From: Bigelowiella natans CCMP2755
Lineage: Eukaryota > Protista > Cercozoa
Assembly (NCBI GenBank): GCA_000320545.1
Contig: ADNK01002290.1
Span: 1 to 64,000, forward strand
DNA: 64,000 nucleotides
Reading direction: 5' to 3'
Made by a program: the position numbers and the translations under genes. A model generated the notes under the pieces. The model saw only the letters and a program-made list of their open reading frames with translations. It was not told the DNA's origin and ran no database searches. Within the stretch, counting starts at the first letter, position 1; every line of letters begins with the position of its first letter. This document shows, in pieces, positions 37,677 through 53,036 of the stretch.

Positions 37677-40657
37677 TTACAACCTGAGCTTACCCCATTT
37701 TATAAACCTTATCGTATATTTAAGAAAATCTTCATCAATATATTTTCTCAGAGACTTCCAATTTATATAGTGCTCCAAGAGGAGAACACCCCCAGGAGCA
37801 GACCCATCCATTATATTATTTAGGACAAGCCACATAAGTTTCTTCATCGACTTGTGGTTTATACGTTCTTCAAGCATCTGCTCTATTATTTCGTCGGTCT
37901 TTTCTCTTCTGCCAGCCCCCAGGTATGTTACTGCCATTAACGATTTCATTCTAGGCTTGTAATCAATATCTTTCTTTTCCAAAATTTGTATATTTTCCTC
38001 ATAAACAGCTATTGCTCTTTCGAAAAGACCCCTTTGGTAGCAGGCTGCAGAAGTAGGTACAGAAGAAATTTGGTATGAGAACAAGTATTATACATTGGCA
38101 GGTGCATCAGTAGTATATGCAAAATAAAGGTTACTAGCAGTGTTATCATGACTGATCAAATGAACAATTACACAAAATGGATGGAAATGGCCTGTCTCAT
38201 GTTGAGTATCTACACCCATTTTGCCATTACCTTGGATAAATGCAAAGTAGCAATTGAAATCTTTTTTGAGATTTTTCCGTTCAATCATGTTGAACCAATA
38301 TTCTACCCTCGAGAACTCGCCATTTTCCCTATACGCATTCAGCATCTCTCTATACACAGTCAGTCCTAGTGATTGTTTTCTATGTAATTTTGACATCCAC
38401 AATTCTGCTGATTCTGGGTCACGATTTCGTGCGCACAACACCAATTGCGATACCAATAATCTATACTTGACGTCATCGTCTCCCTTTCTCAGACCATGTT
38501 CGCCTCCCTTTCTCAGAACATTTGCTTGTACATTTATAAACGCCTTTTTATGCGCGGTCACATACTGTACACCCCTTTTCTCTCGTATCTCATTCCTGCA
38601 TGTATTTTTATTAATGTGAACAAGAATGATGCAAAATGACTTAACTTCTACGACCACGATGACAACGAATATGAAAGGAGACAGAAAAACTGATGCATGA
38701 TGATAATGCATCCTCTTAAATTGATATTCAACATTCCTTTTACTAAGCATTAGCACCCAGCAATAAAAAGCTCATGAGCACAAAAACAATCGAAATAATG
38801 GTTGAAGATGCTATGAACTGCTCTCCATTATTTTATCAAATTCTTACTTTGGTACAGTAATACTCAAGAAGAATTTCAGAGCGTCTGCTTTGAAGGGAAC
38901 GTAAGCACAAAATTTGCTCCAATACGCTTTCCATCCTGCTGTATCAGCTAGTATCATATTCGTGTAAAGTTGCTGCATGGCCTCGCGGTGGATTATATTT
39001 TCTTTGTTGAGACTATCAAGCCCTAGCTCTTCAACATATTCAAACAATTTACGAGCTTTTACATAATCCCAACACACGATGCAAAACTTCACACACGTGT
39101 TGATAAAAAACAGTTTTGATGTAGGTTTCTCGTAGCCTTGCGTGACCACTTTGAGTCCCTCTAACAGCTTAAATGAGGCAGCTGATTTCGGAAATTTAGC
39201 AAGTGCTAGACTTAGATCAGCATCGTTGGTAAATTTTGAGAAAATCAACTTTTCGAAGACTTTGACCGAGGGAACAATATTATCTATGGCCCGAAGCTTT
39301 AGAACAACTAAGCCGGACTCTACAGCTTCTATCAATTTTTCGTCTGTGATATTTTGTGCTTTATCTTGCTGTCCCAGACGACGCTCATCACCATTGAGCT
39401 GGCTGCCAAATAGATATCGCTTCGCTGTTTCACTGCCTCCAGAAATATTTTGCGCTGTATCTTGCTTTGCCAGACGACGCTCATCACCAAAGAGCTGGCT
39501 GCTAGATAGATATCGCTTTGCTGTTTCACTGTCTCCAGAAATAGCATAGGTAGCGATGACATTCTCATAGTCTAAGTCTGTGACCGCAGCACCAATAATT
39601 TTCAAGTACTTTTCAGCTCGGATGACATCCCCAGTCAAAGTGCAGCCTTTCAAAAGAGTCTTGTACACTCTCACTGGGAGATCTTTATTACTGCGCTCAA
39701 TATCTCTCATAAGATTTTCTGCAGTCTCAAGCTTTCCAATTTCCGCTGCCGCTATAACCTGTGCAACAAGTGACACATGCTTGGCGGTTTCATTGGAGAA
39801 CCCGTCAGTTTTCATCTGTCGAAACCACCGAATTGCATTAAAAGGATCCTTATTTATGACACAAGCTAGAATAAGATCTTCATAGTCACGTTCATCGACT
39901 TTTATCCCTGCCTCCCTCTGAGTTTTCCAATCTTCCTCCAATGTCGCAATGTCACCTATTAGTGCGCAAATCCTCTTGTACTTGGTGTTAACAAGGGATT
40001 TTCTTTCAATATTTCCATCCTTGTCCCGCCCCTCTAGAATAGTATCAAAAGTTGCTGATTCAGTACCTGTTTACAATATAATAACCATTCTTCCTATTTG
40101 ATGAGCTAGCAGAGATGAAATGTTATAATATTACTGTTTTTGGATCCTCCTTCGTCAGAGTTGGAGGAGGAGGACATTTGGTTGCGGGAGACCCACTCAT
40201 TCCTCTTCTGTACCTTTGCAGTCACCATTTGCACCATAATATTGGGATTCCTACTTGTAGTTATCATTTTGCCAGAAGGTGAAAGGGCTTTCTTCTCTTC
40301 TGAAGCCCCTTTCCTCCTTTCCTCGGAAAAAGAAGTAGAAGAAACCCTCGTTCGCCGACTGAATGAGAATGAAAGATCTTAAATATGACTGCATTCTTCT
40401 TGCATCAAAAGCAATTTTTATGTTCACCTAGAAGTACTACTGCTGTGTTGCCAGCGTCGAGCAGCTGCTTCGACGATGCCACCACACCTAATAGCACGAT
40501 GAGCTAAAGTGAACTTAAATGTTCTTCTCCTTCATTACGGTACACCAGAGTTCAGCAATACAACATATCACATAGCTGCGAATAGAAACCTTCGTTGGCG
40601 CATTGCATTTCGTACGCATAAAGCCTTTCTAGCGTGTAAAGCTGCCAGCCGCCTCAT
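37677..40657 (-). CDS. Pentatricopeptide repeat (PPR)-like protein, probably organelle-targeted
   Basis: PPR-like units include DERDYEDLILACVINKDPFNAIRWFRQMKTDG, PVRVYKTLLKGCTLTGDVIRAEKYL, DLDYENVIATYAISGDSETAKRYL and LTVYREMLNAYRENGEFSRVEYWFNMIERKNL. The N-terminus MRRLAALHARKA (ATG at 40657) is Arg/Ala-rich. The 3' end is approximate. Confidence 0.75.
39349..39542 (-). repeat. 96-bp in-frame tandem duplication inside a PPR exon
   Basis: The copies encode ISGDSETAKRYLSSSQLFGDERRLAKQDTAQN and ISGGSETAKRYLFGSQLNGDERRLGQQDKAQN. The DNA copies start at 39349 and 39445. Confidence 0.9.
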
Positions 40658-41511
40658 CCTAATCGAGTTCGGATAGGGTTCTAATTCTGTGGCATAGGAT
40701 TGTTTGAGGTTGTGTAGAAGCAGTGTGCCGTTTAGATCATAAATTATGCAAAAAATATCGTAAATAGAAACTAATTACATGCTGATATTAACGATGTAAT
40801 GGAATATGATTGTTTGTTTGTCATTATCATGAGTGTACTGGTTTATTGCATAATGTTTTCTAGACCAGAGACGAAATAATACTCACATTTTTGTTATATT
40901 TGTTGTTATTATTGTTGTCACAGTAGTCTGAATTGTGGCTGTTTTGTAGTGGGGTGACTCGTATTTTTATTTCACACTTACGTAGCAAACTCACCAGATC
41001 TAACCGCAGCTTCGGATATGCTACTCCTCGTGGTAATATAATATCAGGAATACTACCACTATCCTAGACAAATTTGTTATTGGAAGCGACAACTCCTCAT
41101 CATCTTGTACCAAGAGATACTGAGAAATGCGGTTGGGCCTACTCGCCAGCTGCTCGGCGATATTAACCGGCGTTTTCCTAGAATTTTTGGATTTATGAGG
41201 TATCCCCTCCAAATATTAGGAGCGACATGGAAGACATCACGACGCAATGTACAATTGATCAATACTACTAAACCTACTAATCTAGGGGACCAATGAAGCC
41301 CTCTCGAAGCCAGGGAGTGTCAGAGTAACATACTGTTGCGAAGTAATCTAATACAACGGCAATATTTCATGCAGTTTATAAATAAGGGAAGGGTAAAGCG
41401 ATCTAGGGCTTCTATCTTCAGTTTTTGAGCTGCGAATCCGATAAAAAACGAAACACAAATGACCCTCAGCAGAAATATACAATTTCCGAATGCATGTTCA
41501 ACATGTTAGGG

Positions 41512-42780
41512 ATGAACGCTCAGGATTTCCACAAGGCTCATAGAGCCCCACAAGCGGGACCAAAAGCGAAAAAAAAGAAAGGTGGAAACATTCATGAAGA
41601 AATTGCTTAGATTCCCTCAAAACACATTTTTCGCAAGCCTGATTGGTGATCAATCTAGATCGAGACAAAAAGAAGCGAAATGTTGAAGTTTCCAAAAAGG
41701 GCAAGAATCCAAAGGTAAGAATATACATATTTATTCACACTTCCCTTTTCATGATGAGTAATGTGTGGCAAATGTCTTCTAATCATAAAGGCTTTTACAT
41801 TCGCCTCCGTCGTCAGAGCGAAAAAGTGCGTAACATTACTAAACCTGTGGTGTGACATATGAAATGAAGAATCATATCTGTGCTACAGAACTCAACAACG
41901 CAACCAAGATCGCGCACATAGTAATATCAAATTAATTTAGTGAAAGGAATATTGAGCCATGACTCTTTCAGCTGAATTTTAACTGATTTTTCCAATCAGG
42001 GAAGGAACATGCTCCTATGGCAATCCGCCTGGGTTCTCCTTTATTAGCTCATTTGTGGTAAAATAACAATTTATTCGTGTAACTCATTGGATATATTTTT
42101 CTGTAGGAGCGGAACCACCGCCATTTTTTGTCGCCGTTGTTGGCCCAAAGGGAGTTGGCAAATCGTTGCTTATCAAATGCCTCGTAAGGTCAAGATGCAT
42201 CTATAGAATTAACAAAATTGTAAAATGTGAGACTGGGATTATTGTTTGTACTTTCCCTAATTAATGCGACATTTTAAAAATTTTCGTCTTTATCCATTCC
42301 TTCTCCAATTACTAGTCGGTTTCCTCAACTTATCGTTTTCGTAAAACAACAATAGGCACTACACCAAGCAGTCAATCCAAGAAACCACTGGTCCAATCAC
42401 GGTAACAATGGCCAAAGCAAAACATTGGATTATAAAGGAAGGGGATTAGAACCGCTGGATTTTTTTATTCTTGATTTTTTTTTGAAAGTTATAGCACATT
42501 TTCTTACATTATTTTCTATAAATTCAGATTGTTAGCGGGAAAAAAAGACGTGTGACTCTTTTCGAATGCCCCTGCGAGGTAACCAGTAGAAAGAATCAAA
42601 GCATAGTGAGACTAATTGTATATTGCCTGCAAATCTCCTTCTCCTTCACTACGGGTGGTGAATACACGAATCTTTGTACTACTATCATTGCGGTGGGTAT
42701 ATCAGATCAACGCAATGTGTGACGTCGCCAAAGTAGCTGATCTGGTTCTGCTATTGATCGATGCACATTTCGGATTTGAG

Positions 42781-42814
<34 letters not shown>

Positions 42815-43444
42815 CATTTGTTACGGACAGTATACTACTTAAATGGGGAGGATAAACCATCTCTTCTTCTTTGTTGAGAAAGAAGATGAAGGGTAACTTT
42901 AGCTTCACTCCTCCTCCTCCTCCTCCTCGTCGTCGTCGAACCTGTTACTGCTGCATTACTCATATTGGACGCAGCAGCAGTAGTACCCTATATTGTGGTA
43001 ATCCTAACAAATATGATCTTACGTCGTATTTTACAACGATCATCGCAGATGGAGATTTTCGAGTTTCTCAACATTTTAAAGACCCACGGTTTCCCTAAGG
43101 TCGCGACAACGCCTATCTGTAGTACTTAGCAGAAAGAAAGAGAATAATAATGCTGAAATATTAATGTGAGTGGTGAGTGTGTAAGTTGTAGAAGAGCATA
43201 TCTTTGGGTAATTCAAAGAATAGAAAGGAAAGAAAAAGAACCAGCAGCACACCACCAGCAGTAGTAGCTTCCTCCTTGTCATTGTCATCCTCATCCTCAT
43301 CGCGATTATCCAAACGTATGTGTGTGTTTTACAACTAATTAGGTTATAGGAGTGCTCACTCACCTGGACAAGTTTAAGAAAATGCAGCAGGTATATACAA
43401 CATTACACACACACACATATTATATATATATATATATATATATA

Positions 43445-43527
<83 letters not shown>

Positions 43528-43556
43528 ACAGTACATACATCTATATATATATACAT

Positions 43557-43604
<48 letters not shown>

Positions 43605-44645
43605 ACAGTACATACATCTCGTGATTCATCATTAGTTTGTAGTAGCAGTGGTAGTAGTAGTAGTAGTAGTAGTTACTGGAGGGAGGGTTTAGGTTGATCT
43701 TACTAATGTAACCGTTGGTTGGTGCTGCAGAGGTGCCTCTGGTGTGAATTAGCCTACTGCAGCCAACAGCTACAAACAACCAATACTGCATGCTACCTAC
43801 CTACTGCTAATGCTACTTTTTATGACGAATTAACCTTTCTTCTCCTCCTCCTTCTCCTTCTTCTTTTTCCCTTTTAGGTGAAAGAAGCTAAAAAGAGCCT
43901 TAAGCATAGATTTTGGACCGAGATTTGTGACGGGGCCAAGCTTTTCTATCTCTCCGGTAGTACAGCAAAACCACTACTTAATGATGATGATGATGATGAT
44001 GATGATGACGACGACAACGATGCAGAAAAGGAGACTGCTTCCCTTCTTTCTTGGTATTTGGGGGGGGGGGGGATTAGGAGGAGCAGCGTATATAAGAAAT
44101 ATTTGAGATATTACACTTATTCCATATTTATTATAAATATTTGTGTACATATTAGATATATGTGTGTGTTTTATTTATTTTTTTATTTTTATTACTCATA
44201 CATGTATTGTAATATGATTTAAATTTAAGGATTGATTAATGGCAAATACCCGAAGCGAGAAATCTTAAACCTTGCTCGTTTCATTTCGGTCACAAAATTT
44301 AGGTCAGTTAGTGTTGTTTCTCGAATCCTCTTCTTCTCCTCGTAAAATAATAATAATAATATTAGTAATGATTCTGTTATTAGACCACTCAAATGGAGAA
44401 ATTCACATGGCTGCATAGTTGCGGATAGGTTAGTAAAAGAGCAGTAGAAGTAGTAATAGTAATAGTATTAGTACTAGTATTAGTAGTAATGCGGAAAGAA
44501 CGTATCATACGGGGGAGGAAGAAAGTAACCTTATCAAGTGTTTTTACTCTCTTATTTTTATGGTGAAAAAATCCAATATATATACGTGCGTATGGATGTA
44601 TGTATGCATGTATTCACAGGCATAGTAATTTCTCTAAGCATATTA

Positions 44646-44697
<52 letters not shown>

Positions 44698-44922
44698 CAT
44701 GATTCTTACATTCTTGCTGTGACTAAAGGTGGGAAGATATTACCGAGGAGAGCCTTCTCGATGAAAATCCTAAAGCTGATAGGAAAATATGCTTCTATGG
44801 GTAGTAGTAGTAGTTTCGTCATAATACTTCTACTACTACTACTACTACTACTACTACGACTACTACTAATACTACTCTAGAAGAAATACACTTTCAAGAT
44901 ATAGTAGTGGTACTAATACTTC

Positions 44923-44954
<32 letters not shown>

Positions 44955-45641
44955 TTGTAGAAAAATGTAATGTCATCGTAGTAGTAGAGATCGACGGTGA
45001 TGGTTAATGATGATGATGATGATGCTTCCTCTGCTACCTGCTCCTTCTCCTCCTCCTCCTCCTCCTCCTTCTCCTTTTAGTTACGTAAGAGGTACAGCAA
45101 TCAAACCAACGCAAAAGCTGCACGTGCTTGGGGTTGGAGACTTCAGCATAAGGTGGTTGCTTTTGGAGGTCTTCTTTTTCTCATGTAACATATATTCCCC
45201 ATAACAACCGGTCGTCGTTATTTGGGGAGCATCTTACTAATAGATTGCATGTAGCTTTCCCCCTCCTCCTCCTCCTCCTCCTCCTCCTCCTCCTCCTCCT
45301 CATCTCTCTCTCCCTCCTACACATAAATACGATAATACTACATGATGCAGGGCTGTAGATGTTCTTCCAGATCCCTGCCCTTTACCAGGCACAGAGAAGA
45401 AGAAGAAGCTGAGGTAACACGACTACTCGATATTTGCTTTTTGAGAGAGAGATGGGGGGAGGAGGAGGAGGAGGAGGAAGAAGCAGAAAACTACAGTGAT
45501 AATATCCAAAATGATGGGCTATCTTCTATCACATGCAGAAAGCTGAGCGAGAAAGAGAGACTGATCTATGCACCCTTCGCGGACGTTGGTAATGTTCTTT
45601 ATGACAAAGACGCTACATACATCAATCTCAGGCCCAGACAG

Positions 45642-45674
<33 letters not shown>

Positions 45675-46706
45675 CAACATTTGTACGAATGAATGTTGTA
45701 TAAATGTGTGTGAGGAGGGAGGAGGTTAGTGGTAGTATTAGTAGCAGTAGTAGTAGTAGTGGTGGTGGTTAGGAACAAAGATATTGACATACTACTTTGC
45801 TTCCAATCTCTTTCTCCTTCTTCTTCAGGTTCTATATTCATCTCGTCAAGATATATTAATTCCCGGACAGAAAGAAGGAGAAGAAGAAGAAGAAGAAAAT
45901 GACAAAGTCGCTCCAGCGCTTGATGGTATAATTAGTAAGCAGATTAGTATTAGTAGTAGCAGCAGCAGTAAATAACTGTTTCTGGTGAGGAAGGAGAACA
46001 TTATGACGTCAACGACGACGACAACAGTGATGATGATGATGATGATGATGATAATGATGATGATAATGATGATGATGCGTGCTTGAGAATAAAAAGTGAG
46101 AATGGTAGTACTACGAATACTGATATGAGAAAACTGTTGGTTCATACAAATTTATACTGATGTGAGAAAAGTATTGGTTCATACTGATAAACTCCTCTTC
46201 ATCCTATTCCTTCCCCTCCTTCTTCATAGGCAAAGACAAAGAGGTGATAAAAGCATCATCAATCCCAAAGGTCTTGGAGTCTGAGAAAGATCTCGGTGAT
46301 AATGATGATAATCACGATGATGCACATAATGTCATATCATATAAGCACAACTCTGTCTGTCTGTCTGTCATCTGCCCCCATACATGCTCTTCTGCAAATC
46401 AACAACCTTCAACATCACTGTGAAAAGCTAGCACGCCAGATGAACTGAGGATAATATAAAAGCTTCTTTATTGTTCTTCTTTATTGTTCTTGTTGTTCTT
46501 GCTCCTCTTTGCTTACTCAAGGCGAGGGACAAATGATGGTAAAAAAACTGCAGAAGAACCGGGTGAGAGCGAGAGACTGATTAACAAACCACTTCTTATT
46601 TCGTTATCATGTACTCCTCATCCCCCCCCCCCGCAACACACACACACACACACACACACACACGGGGGGGGGGGGGGGGGGAGGGGGATATGACGTGATG
46701 TTTGTG

Positions 46707-46749
<43 letters not shown>

Positions 46750-47623
46750 TTATTAGGTGGACATGGAGGAGGAAATCAATGCTGAGGATATCAAGCTCTT
46801 CGCTGATACGGAAGCAGTGCTAGATGCAGGGGATAATGATAACAATAACAAGAAGGAGGAGGAGGAGGAGGAGGAGCAAGAAGGTGATGATGAGGATTAT
46901 TCTGATCATGAATGTCAACAAGAAGAAGCACAATGCTGTTCCTGCTTCTGCTGCAGGTCTCGTGATAATACTACTACTACTACTCTCTTGCCATTCATCA
47001 GGTAATCGAGATTTGGAGGAGCAAGATGAGGAGGAGGGAGATGATCTTAGCGAAGGCAAAGATACTAATGAGGAAGGAGGAGAGAACAAACTGGAAATTA
47101 CCAAAAAAGATGGTCAGAAATACAGCTGCCTAGTCACTAATATTTCCTTTCTTTTCTCATATTATCACGTTTGATGTTTGATCGTCAACATCATCATCAT
47201 CATCACAATCATTATCATCATCATAGTAAAAACTAGTTAATTATTACAGGTGTCTTGGGCCGAATGTATGCTAAGCAAGAAATAGGAGAGGTGCTTAATT
47301 ATCTTATAATTATGATGATGATAGATGACAATGCCGTAAGCATGTTAGAAGAAGAAGAAGAAGAAGAAGAAGAAGAAGAAGAAGAAAGAGGCTGCAGATA
47401 CGACGAGGGCAATTGAATTCCATAGAATTGTAGTTTAAGTTTTATTCTGGGAGCACTCTGACATCTATTGATCTATTACTCATCATAATAAATACCACCT
47501 TTTTTACTTCTTCTATCAATACTTTGTAACATGGTCTCTCCCTCCTCCTCCTCATCTTTCCTTTCACGTAGTAACTTACCCACTCACTGTATCCATCACC
47601 ATTACTACTACTACTACTACTAC

Positions 47624-47655
<32 letters not shown>

Positions 47656-48606
47656 CAGTAGCACTATCTCATCGTTCTCTGGTGTTATTATTTGTGTATT
47701 AGGACGGAGTCTTGAGAACAAGAATGTTGTTCAAACACGAAATGGACAACGATGTACATGATGATGATGATGATGATGATGAGGAGGAGGAGGAGGAGGA
47801 GGAGGATAATGGTGAGAACAACCCTTGGAACCTGGCCGCTGCTCCTTCCTTAAACGTATGTTGTAGACGACGACGACGACGACAATAGATGAAGGCACAA
47901 TAAATAGAATAAATGATGATGATAATAATGATAACAATAAAGCTGGGGTAGGGTAGTCAGAAGAAAGAAAATAAGAAAGAAAAGAATATCGAAGCAGTAC
48001 ATCTTACAATGTCGCATCATCGGCACGCACATTAAGGCATCGTTATATGCCTCCTTCTTTCTAGTACTAGCATTCCTTATGTATTAAGTAAGAGTGCATC
48101 ATTATATGCCTCCTCCTATATAGTATTAGCATTACTTATGTATTAAGTAAGAGTGCTACTTACTGCTGCTAATACGAACACATCAATTCAGAATGGAGAG
48201 GACAACGATAACGATGACGATGGTGAGTACTTGCAATGTTTTATTGTTGATTAAGCAGTAGCAGTAGTAGTAGCATCAGCAGCAGTGGTGGCAGTAGCTA
48301 GCAATAGGAAATGAAGAGATGAAGTAGTAGTTGTAGCAGTTGGTATTCTTGTTGTGTAGCAGCTGCATTCGGAATGCTGACAGTTGTTAAATACAAATTG
48401 TAGTATCCCAACCACCAACTGATATTATTACATTAACAATCAATTATTTCCGGCGAAAGACAAATTGTGAGTAGTTACTATTTTATCTATCTGATGTTAT
48501 TACAGAGGATGATGATGAGGAGGATGAGGATGATGATCAAGACAATGACTTTAGAGCGTTTAAAGAGGTAGTACGCTAGGTTGATCTTTGTAGTTAACGT
48601 AATATG

Positions 48607-48685
<79 letters not shown>

Positions 48686-48799
48686 TACCACATAACCCTA
48701 CATTATTGAAGTTATTCCTATTATGATCCTCCAAGCGTATTGGGTGCTCGTTAGTTGAGCATGGTTCTCTTTTCCTTTATGATTCAACGTAGTAGTAGC

Positions 48800-48831
<32 letters not shown>

Positions 48832-49084
48832 TAGCAGTAGTAGTAGCACAAGCATACTTTATTAGTATACATTAACATATAAATACTTATTATTATACAC
48901 TGTTCAGGATGATACCGCTGCTGCTGCTGCACATGGGGCAAGTAGTACAGCATCATCATCGAGCAGTTTGAGAGGCACAATGCATGAAAAGGTAAGTGCT
49001 TTTATCCTGGTGATATAATATTCACTGCTGTCGTACATCGAAACAATACAGTTCGTTTACATACGATAGAAATTTGCCTGAATT

Positions 49085-49116
<32 letters not shown>

Positions 49117-49482
49117 TATCATCACTATCATTATTATCATCGCCATCATCATGATATCTCTCACTGATTGATCCCTCCTAGTGGAGAGAGTCTTTGGGTG
49201 TCCGTGCCTTGGAGATGTTCCATAGAGGCGACAACTTGATGTCATTGGTAAGTGACTGAGTAACTGCAAGAATAAGAAGGAAAAAGAGAGAGGAAGGCAG
49301 TGGTGGTGGTGGTGTATTTTGAAGTCGTCCAGTATGATGCACATTTAGATCATGTTTTATGTATCCTCTTGTTTGTACATGTAAGTGTGGGTATGAAGCA
49401 CTAGCTGCTCGAGCAGCAGCAGCAGCAACAATAACAACAACAACAAAAACAAAAGGAGTGAAGAAGATGAGTTGTGTGTTTG

Positions 49483-49513
<31 letters not shown>

Positions 49514-49544
49514 GATCCTCATCATCCCTTATGGATCACTTTCA

Positions 49545-49578
<34 letters not shown>

Positions 49579-50054
49579 TTCTCTGCTGCTGCTGCTGCAG
49601 GTGTATGGTGACGATTACAACCGACGAGTGCGTGGTCTCGATCCAAAAAAACAGCATCATGGTGCAGCAGCTGACAAAGGCGACGAAGATGACGACGATG
49701 ATGATGATGAGGTCCAATGGAGTAAATAACCCTAACAAATTGATAATACGAACAAGAGAGAACAAATGACAATTGGCCTTGTTCAAATGACAATGATCCT
49801 AGAACTCTTGTCGTCATAATGAGCACATTCAGTAGTCATTATCATCATCTATTTTCCTTTAAACCATACAATCATAAATTATTGATGATAACCTATTCAA
49901 ACTGCAGGAAAATGATGACTCCGATCAGAGCGAGGATGATGACTTCTTCAAAATCAAAAAGAAGAAGAATATTCAAGAAGAAGATCTCGATGATGATGAT
50001 GAATTGCCAAACCCTCAGGTAGCAACTATTGATACTAATAAGTAGTAGCAGAAC

Positions 50055-50091
<37 letters not shown>

Positions 50092-52989
50092 GAAGTGATG
50101 AATGGCAGATGGAGAGTAGCATGTATGCATGTTAAATGCTACTACACGAAGGGGAGGTTTAGAGACAAACTATTAAGGCAGTATTTGCTGGGACCACCGA
50201 TATTTGTGTGTGTGTGTGTCTGTGTGCGACTCCTACCCCGTTAGCTTCTGCTACTGCTCTTCTTTTCCTTCTTCTTCTTCTTCATCATCATCATCATCAT
50301 CCAAACAATAGGTAGGGGAGTGGTCGGATGAAGATAAGTGCGAGGATATTAGAAATCGATTCGTTACCGGTATGAATGTGTGTTTGATGCTTCTGCTGCT
50401 GCTGCTGATGATGATGATAATGCTGATGATGATGAAGATGGTTTTTTTAAAGAATAATAACGGAATAATATCATCTACATTGTTTAGATCACCATCATCG
50501 TATTGACCTTATTGTTTTGTAATTATATCGTCGTTTTAGTATAAATTATTGTTATGATCATTGTGACTTATTTGTTGTGTTATGACGTATTAGGTGACTG
50601 GAGTGATCCTGAGGCTGACGATGGAGAAGTAAGAATAACAACATCATATAAAAAGGAAGGAAGTGAGGGAGGGGAGGAACTCACATTACACATCAGATAG
50701 CAGATGAGCAGGAGAAGAAGAAGAAGAAGAAGAAGAAGAAGAAGATGAAAAGAGCAAATCGATGAAGAATAACTCAAACCACCAACCATGATTTTTGTTA
50801 CTGCTGATGTTGTAGTAGTAGATGGAGCCATCATGTGATGCAGCTGTGCATGACAGCTCACAATGACAACTACTCCTACTTTGTCCACCATCACCACAAC
50901 ATCGGTTCTACATGTTGTTGTAAACTCTCACAACAAACAACATCTTTAGAAAGAACATGATGATGGTTGCTTCGCTATCACTACTATTAACGGAGTAGAA
51001 CTCAATGGTGTTGTTGACCTCATCTTCCTTCCTCCTCATCCTCTTCCTCCACCCCCTCCTGTCTCCTGTGCTTTTCAACTACTGCTACTACTCATTGCTG
51101 CAGCAACTTGAAGAAGAAGAAGAAGATGATGATGATGATGATTTCGACGGTAGTAGTAGTGGAGTAGTTCTATTTTGCATGATTTGACACATCATGTGCA
51201 TACGTGTACATGATGACATCTTGACACATATGCATGTAATTGAATGCATTTGTCTGAGAAACACATTTTGCGTTGAATTCTCTTGTGATCATCATCGTCA
51301 TTATGGTTTCGGGAAAACAGGTGATGATGATGATGATGATGATCCCGACAATGAAATAACGGTTGAGGGCATGGATCAAGAGGTAGGTCAAAGAAGAACA
51401 CCAAGAAAAGACAGCAATACTGATGCGTATGCACAGCACAACATAGCATAGCTTGGATCCATTACAAACATAGAAGAAATATTGCTTGTGCTCTCTCTGT
51501 CTGTGGAATGTTTGCATCTTCTTCTCTCTTAAACGAGGAGATGCTCAATCATCATCATAGCTAGCAGCTGTACAGCTGTTAGTTGACTGCAATACATTTA
51601 TTTATTTGTCCCAAAATTATTAATTATCAGTGTAGATATCATTGGGGTTGTCGGAGTTCGTTTCTCTACCTTAAATAAGATGATGTGCATATATTGTGGT
51701 GTAGGATGACGATGATGATGATAATGGAGGAAAAGAGCGACTCAAGGCAGCGTTTAACGCAGAGTACGATGCCGAAAAGGCAGCAAGAGAGGGGGGAAAC
51801 AAGAAGAAAAAAGGAGGCAGAAGAGATGACGATGTACGTACTTCTTGTTCTTCTTTGATGTTCTTGCTGTATCGTGATCATCTTAGTGAATTTCGACCAA
51901 CACAGTTGTTTTTCCATTTATGCCAAGCATTAGTATTTTTGAAAGTAGCAGCATGCTCATACATGTCTGTTAGTAGTTGGATGTACTACTGTGTTGGATA
52001 TCATCATCATTTCTGCAAATTCACATTGCAAATACACTATTTTCCGAGGTGGCAATAGTGATGATTATGATGATGATGATACGAACGCTATATAATAATC
52101 ATCACACCAGCAAAGTGCATATTTTGTTTCCTTTTCTTCTTCTTCTTTTTCTTGTTCTTTTGATGACCATGGCCATCGTGGTGTTCGAATAGGGGGAAGG
52201 TGGAGTTACAACATACTATGACCAAGTTAAGCGAGAGATGGAACAGCAGGTCACTAACTACTACTACTACTACTACTACTGCTACTACTACTTAAATAAT
52301 AATAATAGTGCGACATAGAACAGAATAACTACTACAAATTCAGAAAAGAATCAAGACTATCAATCCCCCCGTACAGCACACTTCTTTTTCTCTTTATTAT
52401 ATTATTTATTATGATGATTATGATTTAGGCCACACTGAACGAAGAGGCATTCAAGGAAGCAAGCATTGAAGAGAAGTTGATGCACCTTGGATGCGCTCCT
52501 GGGCTCTATGTACGCATCGAGCTGCATGCGGTACTAGTACCAATAATAATTATATTACTAGTAGCTGCAGTAAGTAGGCTTCAGCTGCCTAATACTGCTA
52601 TTTGCTACTGGTGGTGGTGTTTACCTGAAGAAGTAATAATAATTAATGATGACGATGATGATGATGATAGTTGTTGTTGTTATCTGTCAGGTTCCGTGTG
52701 AATTCATCCTCCATTTTAAGAAGAACCATCCTGTGGTCTTGGGTGCTCTTCTTCCCTCTGAGCATACCAAAGGCCTCTTACAGGTAGTAGTAGCTTTAAT
52801 AGATAGATAGAAAGATAGTCGTCTATTATATGTCATGTCATGTCAAGATGTAGAGCTACCATCGATGAATGAATGAATGCCTGGATGGATGCTGTTGTCA
52901 GGTGCGCGTAAAGAAGCATAGATGGCATGCGAAGATTCTTAAAACAAATGATCCAATCATCATCTCTCTTGGGTGGAGGAGGTAATGTC

Positions 52990-53036
<47 letters not shown>

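Noticed and set aside
41019-41296. Possible small gene with a 15-nt GT-AG intron upstream of BMS1
   Set aside because: The intron is far shorter than others in this window and no homology is recognised. It is likely chance.
48040-48157. ~60-bp intronic tandem duplication (similar small ones at ~43480-43620, 14725-14785 and 26662-26702)
   Set aside because: These are ordinary local duplications with no spacers, so not CRISPR-like, and they show no evident function.
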